This document shows, one piece after another, positions 10,032-19,570 of a DNA stretch of 64,000 nucleotides (positions are counted from its first letter, which is position 1; each line of letters begins with the position of its first letter). The translations under genes were made by a program, and so were the position numbers. The DNA is from an uncultured Arcobacter sp. (lineage in GTDB: Bacteria; Campylobacterota; Campylobacteria; Campylobacterales; Arcobacteraceae). Location of the stretch: contig OZ223300.1 of NCBI GenBank assembly GCA_965140705.1, forward strand, positions 192,001 through 256,000, given 5' to 3'. The notes under the pieces were generated by a model. That model made no database searches, had not been told where the DNA came from, and saw only the letters and a list, made by a program, of their open reading frames with translations.

Positions 10032-11051
10032 GTGGCTAGAAAAACAATATATAATCCAGAATCAAGAGAGAGTTTAAGCGATAGAAGAATTTTTGGTGGT
10101 AACCCAGATGGTATGATTAACTTTACAAAAATGAAATACCAATGGGCTCTAAATCTTTGGGATACTATGGAAGCAAATACTTGGTTCCCAAGAGAAGTAC
10201 AAATGACAGGTGATGCCAAGGATTACAAGTACCTGACACCTGCTGAAAAGAGAATGTATGATTTAGTATTATCCCAGCTAATTTTTATGGATTCGTTACA
10301 AACAAATAACTTGATGGATAATATAAATCCTTATATTACTGTTCCTGAAATTAATGCTTGCCTTTCAAGACAATCATATGAAGAAGCAAATCACTCAAAA
10401 TCATATGCAGTTATGGTTGAATCAATTTCTGATAATACAGATGAAATCTATGATATGTGGAAAAATGACACTCAATTAAGAGAAAAAAATAACTACATAG
10501 CAGCGGTTTATGATAACTTATCTGACAATATTACAGATGAAAAGATGGTTTTAGCAATGTTTGCAAACCAAATCTTAGAGGGACTATATTTCTATGCAGG
10601 TTTTGCAGCTATATATGCCCTTGGAAAATCAGGAAAGATGTTAGGAAGCTCACAAATGATTAAATTCATCCAAAGGGATGAAGTAACGCATTTACTACTT
10701 TTCCAAAATATGATTAACTCTACAAGAAAAGAGAGACCTGATTTATTTACTCCTGAGTTAGAAGTAAAAGTAAGAGCTATGTTTAGAAAAGCTGTTGAAC
10801 TAGAAGCTGGCTGGGGAGCATACATCACTCAAGGTCAAATTCTAGGTTTCACAGATGCAATTATCACACAATATATCCAATATCTAGCAGATAAAAGATT
10901 AGAAGCAGTAGGATATAAACCAGAATATAATGTAAAACATCCAATTCCATGGGTAGATGGATACAGTAGTTTTAATGACCAAAGAACGAACTTCTTCGAA
11001 GGTAACGTGGTTAACTACTCTAAGGGTTCAATCGACTTCGACGATTTTTAA
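10032..11051 (+). CDS. nrdB: Class Ia ribonucleotide reductase beta subunit
   Basis: Di-iron ligands (MDSLQ, EEANH, EGLYF, RDEVTH), radical Tyr in [15 protein letters not shown] tail; GTG start. Confidence 0.96.
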   Translation: MARKTIYNPESRESLSDRRIFGGNPDGMINFTKMKYQWALNLWDTMEANTWFPREVQMTGDAKDYKYLTPAEKRMYDLVLSQLIFMDSLQTNNLMDNINPYITVPEINACLSRQSYEEANHSKSYAVMVESISDNTDEIYDMWKNDTQLREKNNYIAAVYDNLSDNITDEKMVLAMFANQILEGLYFYAGFAAIYALGKSGKMLGSSQMIKFIQRDEVTHLLLFQNMINSTRKERPDLFTPELEVKVRAMFRKAVELEAGWGAYITQGQILGFTDAIITQYIQYLADKRLEAVGYKPEYNVKHPIPWVDGYSSFNDQRTNFFEGNVVNYSKGSIDFDDF

Positions 11052-11172
11052 TAGGTCTTTTAGACCAATCTCCGCGTTGGAGGAGTTTTTTAACTCAGTC
11101 ACCTACTACTTGTAGGCTCCTTCGCTAAAAAACTCCTCCGCCTTGACCTTGACTAAAATACCTATTAAAAAT
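11044..11172. repeat. ERIC-like palindromic miniature element (about 125 bp)
   Basis: Nested inverted repeats: 11044-11063/11153-11172 (19/20), 11079-11092/11126-11139 (14/14) and CCTAC/GTAGG. Minus-strand core AGGAGCCTACAAGTAGTAGGTGACTGAG resembles the ERIC core AGGAGCTTACATAAGTAAGTGACTGGG. Confidence 0.75.
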
Positions 11173-11186
11173 AGGAAAGGAATTAA

Positions 11187-12128
11187 ATGGCTTCAGAAAA
11201 GAAAAACTCAAACAAATTAAATTTTTTAAATTGGATATTAGGTGTTGCAATAGTTCTATTTTTTGGTTTATTGATAATATATTATTTTAATATTTTTGAT
11301 TTAGATACTACAAAAAAATCTGATTGGGGTACCTTTGGTGATTTTATAGGTGGTACATTAAATCCAATTTTTGCATTATTTAGTTTGTTTGCAATTATTT
11401 ATACTATTAAAATTCAAACACAAGAGTTAGAATTTTCAAGAGAAGAACTTGAAGAAACCCGTAAAGAATTAAAAGAGTCGAGAATTGCACAACAAGAACA
11501 AAGTGAGTCTTTAAAATTGCAAAATATGGGAACTCAACTGCAAATATTTGAAAATACTTTTTTCCAATTAGTTGATTTATTTAGTAAAGAAAAAGAAGGT
11601 CTTTTTGCGAGTAATTTTAAAATAGATACTTATGCAAGTATTATTAAAATACATATGGATTCTAAAAAGGTTGATATTCCAAAATATATTTTTAAAAATG
11701 ATGAAGGACTACTAACTATTAAGAGTATTACTGCATATTTATATATTTTGAAAACTTTTCAAAAAGAATCACGAATTAATTATGATGAATTTAATATAAA
11801 ATATGAGAGTGACACAGGCTCTTATTTTGGACAATTATATCAAATAATTAAATTTATAGATGAAAGTAATATTGAATATAAACAGAGATATATAAATATA
11901 TTAAGAGCACAATTTACAAAAGAAGAGTTAGAATTTTTATTTTATCATTGTTTAGGAAGTATAGGAAAAAAAAGATTTAAAGATTTAATTGAAAGATATG
12001 AATTCTTTGAGCATATTATATTAAATAATAATATTGAAAAACAACTATTAGAATATGATATTAAAGCATTTGGAAAGAATGAGAAAATACTAGAAAAATA
12101 TAATGAATTAAAAAGTAAAGTTCAATAA
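11187..12128 (+). CDS. Putative phage abortive infection protein (putAbiC-like), with two N-terminal TM helices and a coiled coil
   Basis: WGTFGDFIGGTLNP, FENTFFQL, YFGQLYQIIKFID, YINILRAQFTKEEL..LFYHCL and LIERYEFFEH match the pattern I recall for the putAbiC family; AGGA RBS. Confidence 0.75.
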   Translation: MASEKKNSNKLNFLNWILGVAIVLFFGLLIIYYFNIFDLDTTKKSDWGTFGDFIGGTLNPIFALFSLFAIIYTIKIQTQELEFSREELEETRKELKESRIAQQEQSESLKLQNMGTQLQIFENTFFQLVDLFSKEKEGLFASNFKIDTYASIIKIHMDSKKVDIPKYIFKNDEGLLTIKSITAYLYILKTFQKESRINYDEFNIKYESDTGSYFGQLYQIIKFIDESNIEYKQRYINILRAQFTKEELEFLFYHCLGSIGKKRFKDLIERYEFFEHIILNNNIEKQLLEYDIKAFGKNEKILEKYNELKSKVQ

Positions 12129-12138
12129 CCAAAGAAAT

Positions 12139-12358
12139 CCCAGCCTTTGTCAAAGCCGAGTGTTTATTTCTCTTTTCGGAAAACGCCCGAAACTGTTTGA
12201 GCGTAAAGAAATGACCTAAATGGTCATTTTAGCGAGTTTTGCAGGGCAGAAAAGAGAAATAATAAGCGAGGGAAGCTTTGCCTTTGACAATACGGCTGGT
12301 GGCTTTTTGTCTTACTTTTTGCCACCAAAAAGTGAGAAAGCGAAGAACTCGTTCTTCA
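12139..12358. other. Highly structured non-coding element (MITE/REP-like repeat or ncRNA)
   Basis: Several nested perfect stems plus two 3' hairpins and a possible pseudoknot (see findings); visibly more GC-rich than the flanking genes. Confidence 0.7.
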
Positions 12359-12370
12359 AGAGAGTTTGAT

Positions 12371-14113
12371 TTATACAATATCCCCATCAACTACAATATT
12401 TCTCCCATTATTTTTAGCCATATAAAGTCTTTTGTCAGCCCTTGCAATAAGTTCATCCATGTTGTTATCCTCTTTTCTTAAAGAAGAGACACCACAACTA
12501 ACAGTAAAGCAAATAGTAGAATCTTTTGTTTTAACTTGAAAAGTTTCCACCTCTTTTCTTATCTCTTCTGCTATGATAAAAGCATCTTTATGAGTTGTTG
12601 AGGGAAGTAAGATTACAAACTCTTCTCCACCTATTCTTGCAACTATATCCGAATTTCTTCTCTCTTTTTTAAGGATTTTTGAAAAAGCTTTTATAACTTC
12701 ATCTCCTTCTTTATGCCCGTAAGTATCATTTATAGTTTTAAATTTATCTATATCAAAAAGTAAAACACTTATAGTTGTATTCTCTCTTTTCGCAAGGCTT
12801 ATTAGTCTATTACTTATTTCAAAAAGTGGACGTCTATTTAAAAGGTCTGATAGGAAGTCTTTATTTGCAAGTATTTCTAATTTATTTTTTGATTCTTCTA
12901 ACTCTTTTGTTCTTTCCTTTACATTCATTTCTAAGTTATCTTTTGCTTTTTGCATGATAACAAATTTTTCTTTTTCTAGGATTTTGATTCTATATGCTAA
13001 AGCTAAAGAGAATAGAATCATTTCAACAAAAGAGCCAACTATTATCCCATGTCTTGAATAAAAGTTATATTCTAAGAATCCATAAGATGATAGGGAAAAA
13101 AGTGTGCTCATAGATAAAAATCCAACTTGAGCTAAAAGATAAAAGATAGCTATCTTATTTCCATTTTTGTAACTCTTATATCCCATATAAAGAAGAAAAG
13201 GTAAGACAAAAGATGTAGTTGCATTCATAACTAAAATTGAGGGTTTAAATGCAAAGATACTACAAATAGCTAGAAATATATAAAAGCCTCCTATGAAATT
13301 TAATACATTATGATATTTTTTAGACATAGTTTTTATATCTAAGATATGGTTTGTAAAGAGAGTTAAAAATGCAACCAAAAGAGGAATACTAGCTCCTATA
13401 AAATAATAAGATTGAGTACTTAAAAATGTATCAAAGGGGTATATCCCACTCATTGACGTTTGCCATGCTATAAAAGATAAAGAATATAAAACATAAAAGA
13501 TATATGAGATATCTCTTGTATAAAAAAATATTACTAAGTTATATAAAGCAAGTGAAAGTAAAGAACCAATCAAAAATGCATAGATAGTTGTATATTCCCG
13601 TTCAAATATATTAAGTGCCTTTTTGTCATAAATTTGAAAGGAATTAAACATTGGATATAAAGAGCTTATTTTGATATATATTGTTTTTGTTTCATCTTTT
13701 TTTAGACTAAACTCTATAAAGGGTCTTTCTAAATAATTACTTTCACCCTCTTTAAAATATCCCACACCCTCTTTTTTGTGTTTTATCATTTTGTTATTTG
13801 AGTATATGTAAAAGTCAATTTTATCGATAATACTTTCTGTAAATTTTAAATATCTTTCGATAGTTTTAGAAGTTCCATTTTTTACTGTAAGTTTGTACCA
13901 AAAGGTTGAATTCGTAAATCCATTACTTATGTTGTTTTTGACTTCTTTAAATTTTTTTATTGATCTTATATCTTTTATAGTTAAACTTGAAGTTTTATCT
14001 TCATATGCAGAGATTTTAAAATTTTTTATTGTTGAATTATTATCTATTATTAGAGTATGCTCTGCAAATAAAGTAGTAAAAAAAAAGATAAGTAATAAAA
14101 GGTATTTAATCAA
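12371..14113 (-). CDS. Membrane diguanylate cyclase (7TM-DISM extracellular and 7TM domains + GGDEF)
   Basis: Signal peptide, GFTNSTFWYKL DISM-like region, 7 hydrophobic helices, DIDKFKTINDTYGH, RNSD I-site, GGEEF. Confidence 0.92.
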   Translation of the reverse strand: MIKYLLLLIFFFTTLFAEHTLIIDNNSTIKNFKISAYEDKTSSLTIKDIRSIKKFKEVKNNISNGFTNSTFWYKLTVKNGTSKTIERYLKFTESIIDKIDFYIYSNNKMIKHKKEGVGYFKEGESNYLERPFIEFSLKKDETKTIYIKISSLYPMFNSFQIYDKKALNIFEREYTTIYAFLIGSLLSLALYNLVIFFYTRDISYIFYVLYSLSFIAWQTSMSGIYPFDTFLSTQSYYFIGASIPLLVAFLTLFTNHILDIKTMSKKYHNVLNFIGGFYIFLAICSIFAFKPSILVMNATTSFVLPFLLYMGYKSYKNGNKIAIFYLLAQVGFLSMSTLFSLSSYGFLEYNFYSRHGIIVGSFVEMILFSLALAYRIKILEKEKFVIMQKAKDNLEMNVKERTKELEESKNKLEILANKDFLSDLLNRRPLFEISNRLISLAKRENTTISVLLFDIDKFKTINDTYGHKEGDEVIKAFSKILKKERRNSDIVARIGGEEFVILLPSTTHKDAFIIAEEIRKEVETFQVKTKDSTICFTVSCGVSSLRKEDNNMDELIARADKRLYMAKNNGRNIVVDGDIV

Positions 14114-14318
14114 CTTTAGGCCTAAGATTTATAGTGAAAATAGATTTTACCTAAAAAACAATTTTATTTGCTTTCATTTATGATTACAAATTAATTAAGT
14201 ACTTCATTTTTATGAAGAATTGTTTTCTTTGTAACACATAAAATTTAAATTTAAACAAAAAACAAATATCTTTTGATAAACTATTTGATTAAAATTTATT
14301 AATTATAAGAGGTAATAA

Positions 14319-14768
14319 ATGTTTACAGAAATTATTAAACCTAGATTTTTAGAAACAGATGCACTAGGGCATATAAATAATAATACCTATGGAGTATGGT
14401 TTGAAGCTGCAAGGGATGAGATATTTCGTATTTTTATGCCAAAAGCAAACATAAAAGAATGGAACTTAATCATGGCTCATACTTCATTTGATTTTTTAAA
14501 AGAAGTATTTTGGGGTAAAGAAGTTATCGTAAAAACTGGTGTTGCAAAACTTGGGAACTCATCAATAGAGTTGTGCCATGCAGTTTATCAGGACGGAAAA
14601 TTATGTACAACAGGAAAGTGTATAATTATTCATTATGATTTTGAGACAAAACAAGCAGTATCAATACCTGAAAAAATAAGAGCAAAATTAGAAACTCACC
14701 TTTTCACATCCCCTTGGATGGGTACACTAAAAGAAGTTGAAGAGTTTGAAAATAGTAATAAAAGTTAA
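14319..14768 (+). CDS. Acyl-CoA thioesterase (4HBT/YbgC hotdog family)
   Basis: RFLETDALGHINNNTY..WFEAAR motif. Confidence 0.9.
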   Translation: MFTEIIKPRFLETDALGHINNNTYGVWFEAARDEIFRIFMPKANIKEWNLIMAHTSFDFLKEVFWGKEVIVKTGVAKLGNSSIELCHAVYQDGKLCTTGKCIIIHYDFETKQAVSIPEKIRAKLETHLFTSPWMGTLKEVEEFENSNKS

Positions 14769-14778
14769 ACTCTTATTA

Positions 14779-15393
14779 CTAAGACTCAATTATCACAGGA
14801 AGAATTGATACAACTAAAAGTATCGCCATGATAAGATTGAATTTTCTAACATGACTTTCTTCTTTTATAAATCTCTTTAAGGCAACTCCACCCATAGCCC
14901 AAACATTACAAGATATTGCACCTGAAAGTAAAAATAAAAAAGCTATGATAACTACTTGAGATATACTATTCTCCTTTGATGTAACAAAAATAGACATTGC
15001 AGTCATAGACATAATCCAACCTTTTGGATTAACCCATTGAAAAAGTGCTGCTTGAATAAAAGTAAAAGGCTTATGCTTCTCTTTTATTTTCATATGACCT
15101 TTACTAGAACCTATTTTATATGCCATCCAAAAAAGATAAAGTATTCCTATTACTTTAAGTATTTTTAGAACTATTGGAAACTTCTCAAATATAATACCAA
15201 TGCCTAACCCCACAAGTAAAACCATTAATCCAAAACCTAAAAATACTCCAAATACATGGGGCAAAGTTCTCTTATATCCAAAGGTAAGACCAGAAGATAA
15301 AAGTAGGACATTATTAGGTCCAGGAGTTATTGTAGCTGTTAGTGCAAATGTTGCTATAGAAATCAACATAGCTGCTGTATAAAACTCTTCCAT
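14779..15393 (-). CDS. LysE/RhtB-family amino acid exporter
   Basis: ITPGPNN and FQWVNPKGW motifs; hydrophobic. Confidence 0.92.
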   Translation of the reverse strand: MEEFYTAAMLISIATFALTATITPGPNNVLLLSSGLTFGYKRTLPHVFGVFLGFGLMVLLVGLGIGIIFEKFPIVLKILKVIGILYLFWMAYKIGSSKGHMKIKEKHKPFTFIQAALFQWVNPKGWIMSMTAMSIFVTSKENSISQVVIIAFLFLLSGAISCNVWAMGGVALKRFIKEESHVRKFNLIMAILLVVSILPVIIES

Positions 15394-16275
15394 TTATACT
15401 CCTTTGTATTTTTTAAGGGATATTCTTTTCCCAAATGTATTAATTAATAGTGCCAATATAATTAACACTGATGCCACTATTTTTATAAGTCCAATCTTTT
15501 CATCAAAAATAAAGTATGACCCAGCTATTCCAAATATTGGAATAAGCAAACTAAGGGGTGCCACACTTGATACTGGATACCTATGCAATAGTGTATTCCA
15601 TATCCAATAACCTAAAAGCGTAGTTGGATAAACTTGAAACATAATTGAAAAAATAGCCATATTACTAAGATTTTCAAAAAAGTTTGTAAATACAATATCT
15701 CCATTTGTTAAAAAAGCTAAAACAAATAATGGAATGGGTGAAAACAGACTTGCCCAAACCATAAATGAAAATAGATTTTTAGTACCAGCTTTTTTTATAA
15801 TGATATTTGTAAAACTAAGTGACACCGCAGCAATTAGCACTAATATCAAACCAAGTATTGTCACAGAACCATCCGTAACACTAATAATCAACAAAAGACC
15901 AAATAGTGATATAGCAAAAGCTATCTTTTTTGTTATATCAATAGTCTCATCTAATAATATAGCTCCTAAAATCACAGTTAAAAAGGCACTCATTTGAAGT
16001 ACTAAAGAAGCCATTCCAGCTGACATTCCAAAATAGATACCTAAAGAGACCATTCCCCAAAGTCCTACACCAAAGAGTAAGCCATAAGAAATCAACCATT
16101 TTATATGAATCTTTGGTTTTTTTACAAAAAAGACTAAAGGTAAAGCACATAATAAAAATCTCATACCAGATAAGATAAAAGGATCAAGGGATAAAAGTCC
16201 TAGTTTAATTACAGAAAAATTTACACCCCAAATGAAAGCAACTAAAACTGCTAATAATAAATCATTTATTTTCAT
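15394..16275 (-). CDS. EamA/DMT-family exporter
   Basis: IWGVNFSVIKLG, about 10 TM helices, VAPLSLLIPIFG. Confidence 0.9.
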   Translation of the reverse strand: MKINDLLLAVLVAFIWGVNFSVIKLGLLSLDPFILSGMRFLLCALPLVFFVKKPKIHIKWLISYGLLFGVGLWGMVSLGIYFGMSAGMASLVLQMSAFLTVILGAILLDETIDITKKIAFAISLFGLLLIISVTDGSVTILGLILVLIAAVSLSFTNIIIKKAGTKNLFSFMVWASLFSPIPLFVLAFLTNGDIVFTNFFENLSNMAIFSIMFQVYPTTLLGYWIWNTLLHRYPVSSVAPLSLLIPIFGIAGSYFIFDEKIGLIKIVASVLIILALLINTFGKRISLKKYKGV

Positions 16276-16412
16276 TAAACTACTCCTTTTATTTTTGTAA
16301 AGAGTTTATCTTTTATATTTTTTTTATTCTTTACATATATTGGTTATAAAATTATCTATTTTTGTTCAGAATATATACATTATATGTTAAAATTAAAATA
16401 ATAAGGATAAAT

Positions 16413-17297
16413 ATGCAAAAAAGAAGTACTTATAACAAAAATGTGCAAATAGCAAATGATGCTATGTATTATATATATGAGTATATCGATACGGATATCA
16501 ATATTGATGATTTGGCACTAAATTTTGGTATTAGTAAATTTCACTTGCATAAATTATTTAAAGAAGTTATGGGCATAAATATATATGAAACCATAAAATC
16601 AATACGACTACAAAAAGCCGCAAGTCTGCTTCTTACAAATAGATACTCAACTATAACTGAAATAGCCTCTATGTGTGGGTACTCTTCTCAAACTTCTTTT
16701 ATACGTGCTTTTAAAGAGAGATTTCATCAAACACCAAAGGTATGGAGAAATGGTGGAAGTGAAGAGTATTCAACAAGTATATTAAAAAACTCTTCAATGC
16801 TTTTATATGAAGAGAAGGGCTTTGAAAATATTGAACCAAAAATAATAAAATCAAAGGCTTTAAAGACTTATTATATAAGACAAAGGGGTTACTTAAAAGA
16901 AGATGTTGTAAGGCTATGGCAGAAACTTCAAGCTTGGGTTTATACAAATAATATAACCCAATACGATGAAATAGGAATATATCATGATAACCCAACCATT
17001 ACTCCCCACAATGAGTGTTTTTATGTGGCAGGTATTATTCCAAAGGCTGAAGTTGATTTATCAAATACAAGTCTTCCTATTTTTTACACTCCAGAGGCCT
17101 TATATGCTACCTTTGAGATAAAAGGAAAAATGGGAGATATTTTAAGATTTATACAATGGGCATATCAAGAGTGGCTTCCCAAAAGTGGCTTTGAGACAAC
17201 AACAAATCCTCCTTATGTAATATTTAAAAAAAATCATTTTTTAAATGAAGATAGATTTTTTGAAGCAACTTATTATTTACCTATACAATATGTGTAA
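16413..17297 (+). CDS. AraC-family regulator with C-terminal GyrI-like effector-binding domain
   Basis: Start at ATG 16413 after AAGGA. AraC HTH (IASMCGYSSQTSFIRAFKERFHQTP) and GyrI-like GIYHDNP...EWLPKSG. Confidence 0.9.
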   Translation: MQKRSTYNKNVQIANDAMYYIYEYIDTDINIDDLALNFGISKFHLHKLFKEVMGINIYETIKSIRLQKAASLLLTNRYSTITEIASMCGYSSQTSFIRAFKERFHQTPKVWRNGGSEEYSTSILKNSSMLLYEEKGFENIEPKIIKSKALKTYYIRQRGYLKEDVVRLWQKLQAWVYTNNITQYDEIGIYHDNPTITPHNECFYVAGIIPKAEVDLSNTSLPIFYTPEALYATFEIKGKMGDILRFIQWAYQEWLPKSGFETTTNPPYVIFKKNHFLNEDRFFEATYYLPIQYV

Positions 17298-17315
17298 AAT
17301 TTGTTATAATTTTTT

Positions 17316-17696
17316 ATGATAAAAATAAACCACTTAGACCATCTTGTACTAACTGTTAAAAATATAGATGCTACCGTAGAGTTTTATACTCAGATTTTAG
17401 GTATGGAAAAAGAAGTTTTCAAAGGCTCACGAATTGCTTTAAAATATGGAAATCAGAAAATAAATCTACATGAATTAGGGAAAGAATTTGAACCTAAAGC
17501 TTTCAATGTAAAAGAGGGAAGTGCTGATTTATGTTTCATTGTAGATACTCCTGTAAAAGAAGTAAAAGAGTTCTTAGAATCAAAAAATATAGAGATTATA
17601 GAGGGAATAGTTCCAAGAACTGGTGCAATGGGACCTATTGAATCTGTTTATATAAGAGACCCTGATATGAATTTAATAGAGTTGTCAAATTATTAG
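17316..17696 (+). CDS. VOC/glyoxalase family protein
   Basis: LDHLVLTV, QKINLH, GSADLCF and SVYIRDPDMNLIEL. Confidence 0.92.
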   Translation: MIKINHLDHLVLTVKNIDATVEFYTQILGMEKEVFKGSRIALKYGNQKINLHELGKEFEPKAFNVKEGSADLCFIVDTPVKEVKEFLESKNIEIIEGIVPRTGAMGPIESVYIRDPDMNLIELSNY

Positions 17697-18175
17697 AATT
17701 TGGTTTCATCATGATAAAACTCATTTACATCATTGAATCCTTCTAAAAAATAAAGGAAAAAGTTCACATCTTCAATTTCCTCTAAAGATATTTTTCCTTT
17801 TTGACTTGGCATTGTATCAAAGTGTCTTATTACTCCTTGAAGACAAATAGTTTTTGATTTATCTGGATAATATAAATAATCTTTTAGAAAATCAGCTGTT
17901 TCTTCTAAATGAAATTCAATATCTTCCATACTTCCAATTTGATGTTTTAGTCTATAAGATATCTCATTACCTGTTGGAGCTTTAAGATTTAGTAGTTTAT
18001 TATTTTCTTCAAAAAAATTTTTCATTAGTAGTTGAATATCCATAGATTTTACATGACAATTGTTACATTTTTGTTCAAAAATCTTCTCACCCTTAAGGTA
18101 TCTTTCTCTATCAAATTGATTAGGTAAAGCATAAATAAGATTTAGTGTTATAAGTAAAAGAGTTAATATTCGCAT
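17693..18175 (-). CDS. Monoheme c-type cytochrome
   Basis: Signal peptide, CNNCH heme motif, distal TMP Met. Confidence 0.85.
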   Translation of the reverse strand: MRILTLLLITLNLIYALPNQFDRERYLKGEKIFEQKCNNCHVKSMDIQLLMKNFFEENNKLLNLKAPTGNEISYRLKHQIGSMEDIEFHLEETADFLKDYLYYPDKSKTICLQGVIRHFDTMPSQKGKISLEEIEDVNFFLYFLEGFNDVNEFYHDETKF

Positions 18176-18359
18176 GAGTACTCCTTCTTGTTATTTATTA
18201 TAATGAAATTATGTGTAATTGTAAAATTATAGTTGTATAAATAAGAAATTAAATAATTTATTCTAAGAAATAGTTTATTTTCTAATAAATATTATTATTT
18301 TATGTTGAAAAATATAATTTTTTTAGATACAATTAATAGATTTTACTAAAGAGAGTTGC

Positions 18360-19175
18360 ATGAGTATTCTAAAACAAATAATTTTTTTGTCATTTCTTCT
18401 AGTAGCAATTATGGTTGCTTGTGTATATTTATATATAAATCAAGATAAATTTGGAACAACTACTTTTTATACTCCCTTAATTTCTCAGAAAATAATCATT
18501 CCAGAAAAAACAGATGTTAATAAAGAAGAAATAGTAGAAGGACCATCTGAAAAAGTTGTACCACCAATAATTGAAGAACAAAAAGATGATGCTGTTATTG
18601 AAGAAAATACAGATGAAGATCAAAAAAAGATAGATGAAATAGAAAAGCCTGACATAGAAAATGCTGATATAATAGTAGATGACAAAAAAGAAGTTGTTAA
18701 TACTAAAAAAGTAGTAATACCTGAAGATAAAAAGATAGAAGAACTTTCTCATAAAATTCAACCTAAAAATATTCAAGATGATACTATCGAATCTAAAACA
18801 AATAAAAATAAAAAGACTCAAGATGAGATAAATGCAGTTATATCAAAAGACCATATCTTTTTCAAAAGATTAGGTACTGATATAACAGATGAAAGTTATA
18901 AAGTTGTAGAACAAATAGCAAAAATATTAAAAAATAATCCAAGTGTAAAAATAGAAATAGGTGGACATACAGATGCGAAAGGAGAAGCTGATGTTAATCA
19001 GTGGATATCTTTGCAAAGAGCAAAAAGTGTAAAAAAAGAGTTAGAAAAGCTTGGAATAGCAGAAGATAGAATTACAGCCGTTGGATATGGGGAGTCACAA
19101 CCTTTAGTTCCTAATGATAAAAACGGATATTCTTCTGAAAATAGAAGAGTTGAATTTAAAATAATAGAGGAATAA
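18360..19175 (+). CDS. Membrane-anchored OmpA-like peptidoglycan-binding protein
   Basis: N-terminal TM helix, charged linker, GGHTDAKG...SLQRAKSV...GYGESQP...NRRVEF. Confidence 0.9.
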   Translation: MSILKQIIFLSFLLVAIMVACVYLYINQDKFGTTTFYTPLISQKIIIPEKTDVNKEEIVEGPSEKVVPPIIEEQKDDAVIEENTDEDQKKIDEIEKPDIENADIIVDDKKEVVNTKKVVIPEDKKIEELSHKIQPKNIQDDTIESKTNKNKKTQDEINAVISKDHIFFKRLGTDITDESYKVVEQIAKILKNNPSVKIEIGGHTDAKGEADVNQWISLQRAKSVKKELEKLGIAEDRITAVGYGESQPLVPNDKNGYSSENRRVEFKIIEE

Positions 19176-19177
19176 GT

Positions 19178-19567
19178 ATGTTGATAATTGCTTCAAAAAT
19201 AGTTTTTTGGTTAATAGCTGTTGCTATACTTGCAATGTATATAGGATTCTTAATTGGGAAACTAAGATACAAAAAAAGACAAGTTTCTTATGAAATAAAT
19301 CCAATTTTAAGAAAACCAGGAAATATATATAATAAACCTTTTATTTTAGGAAATCCAAGACCTACGGGTAAAGATGATTTAAAAGCAATTGAAGGAATTG
19401 ACCATCAAATGGAGAATAAATTAAATGCTCTTGGAATATTCCATATTGAGCAAATTGCTAAGTGGAGTGAAAAGAATATTGATTGGATAGAAGAGTATTT
19501 TTCTATTGACAATAGAGTTACAGAAGAACAATGGGTAGAAAAAGCAAAAGAAATTATAAAAAGATAG
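19178..19567 (+). CDS. Membrane-anchored helix-hairpin-helix domain protein (COG3743/DUF4332-like)
   Basis: TM helix followed by DDLKAIEGI...KLNALGIFHIEQIAKW...WVEKAK. Confidence 0.7.
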   Translation: MLIIASKIVFWLIAVAILAMYIGFLIGKLRYKKRQVSYEINPILRKPGNIYNKPFILGNPRPTGKDDLKAIEGIDHQMENKLNALGIFHIEQIAKWSEKNIDWIEEYFSIDNRVTEEQWVEKAKEIIKR

Positions 19568-19570
19568 AGC

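Noticed and set aside
12278..12481. 67-aa + strand ORF in the track
   Set aside because: Runs through the structured element and antisense into the GGDEF gene; no protein-like features.
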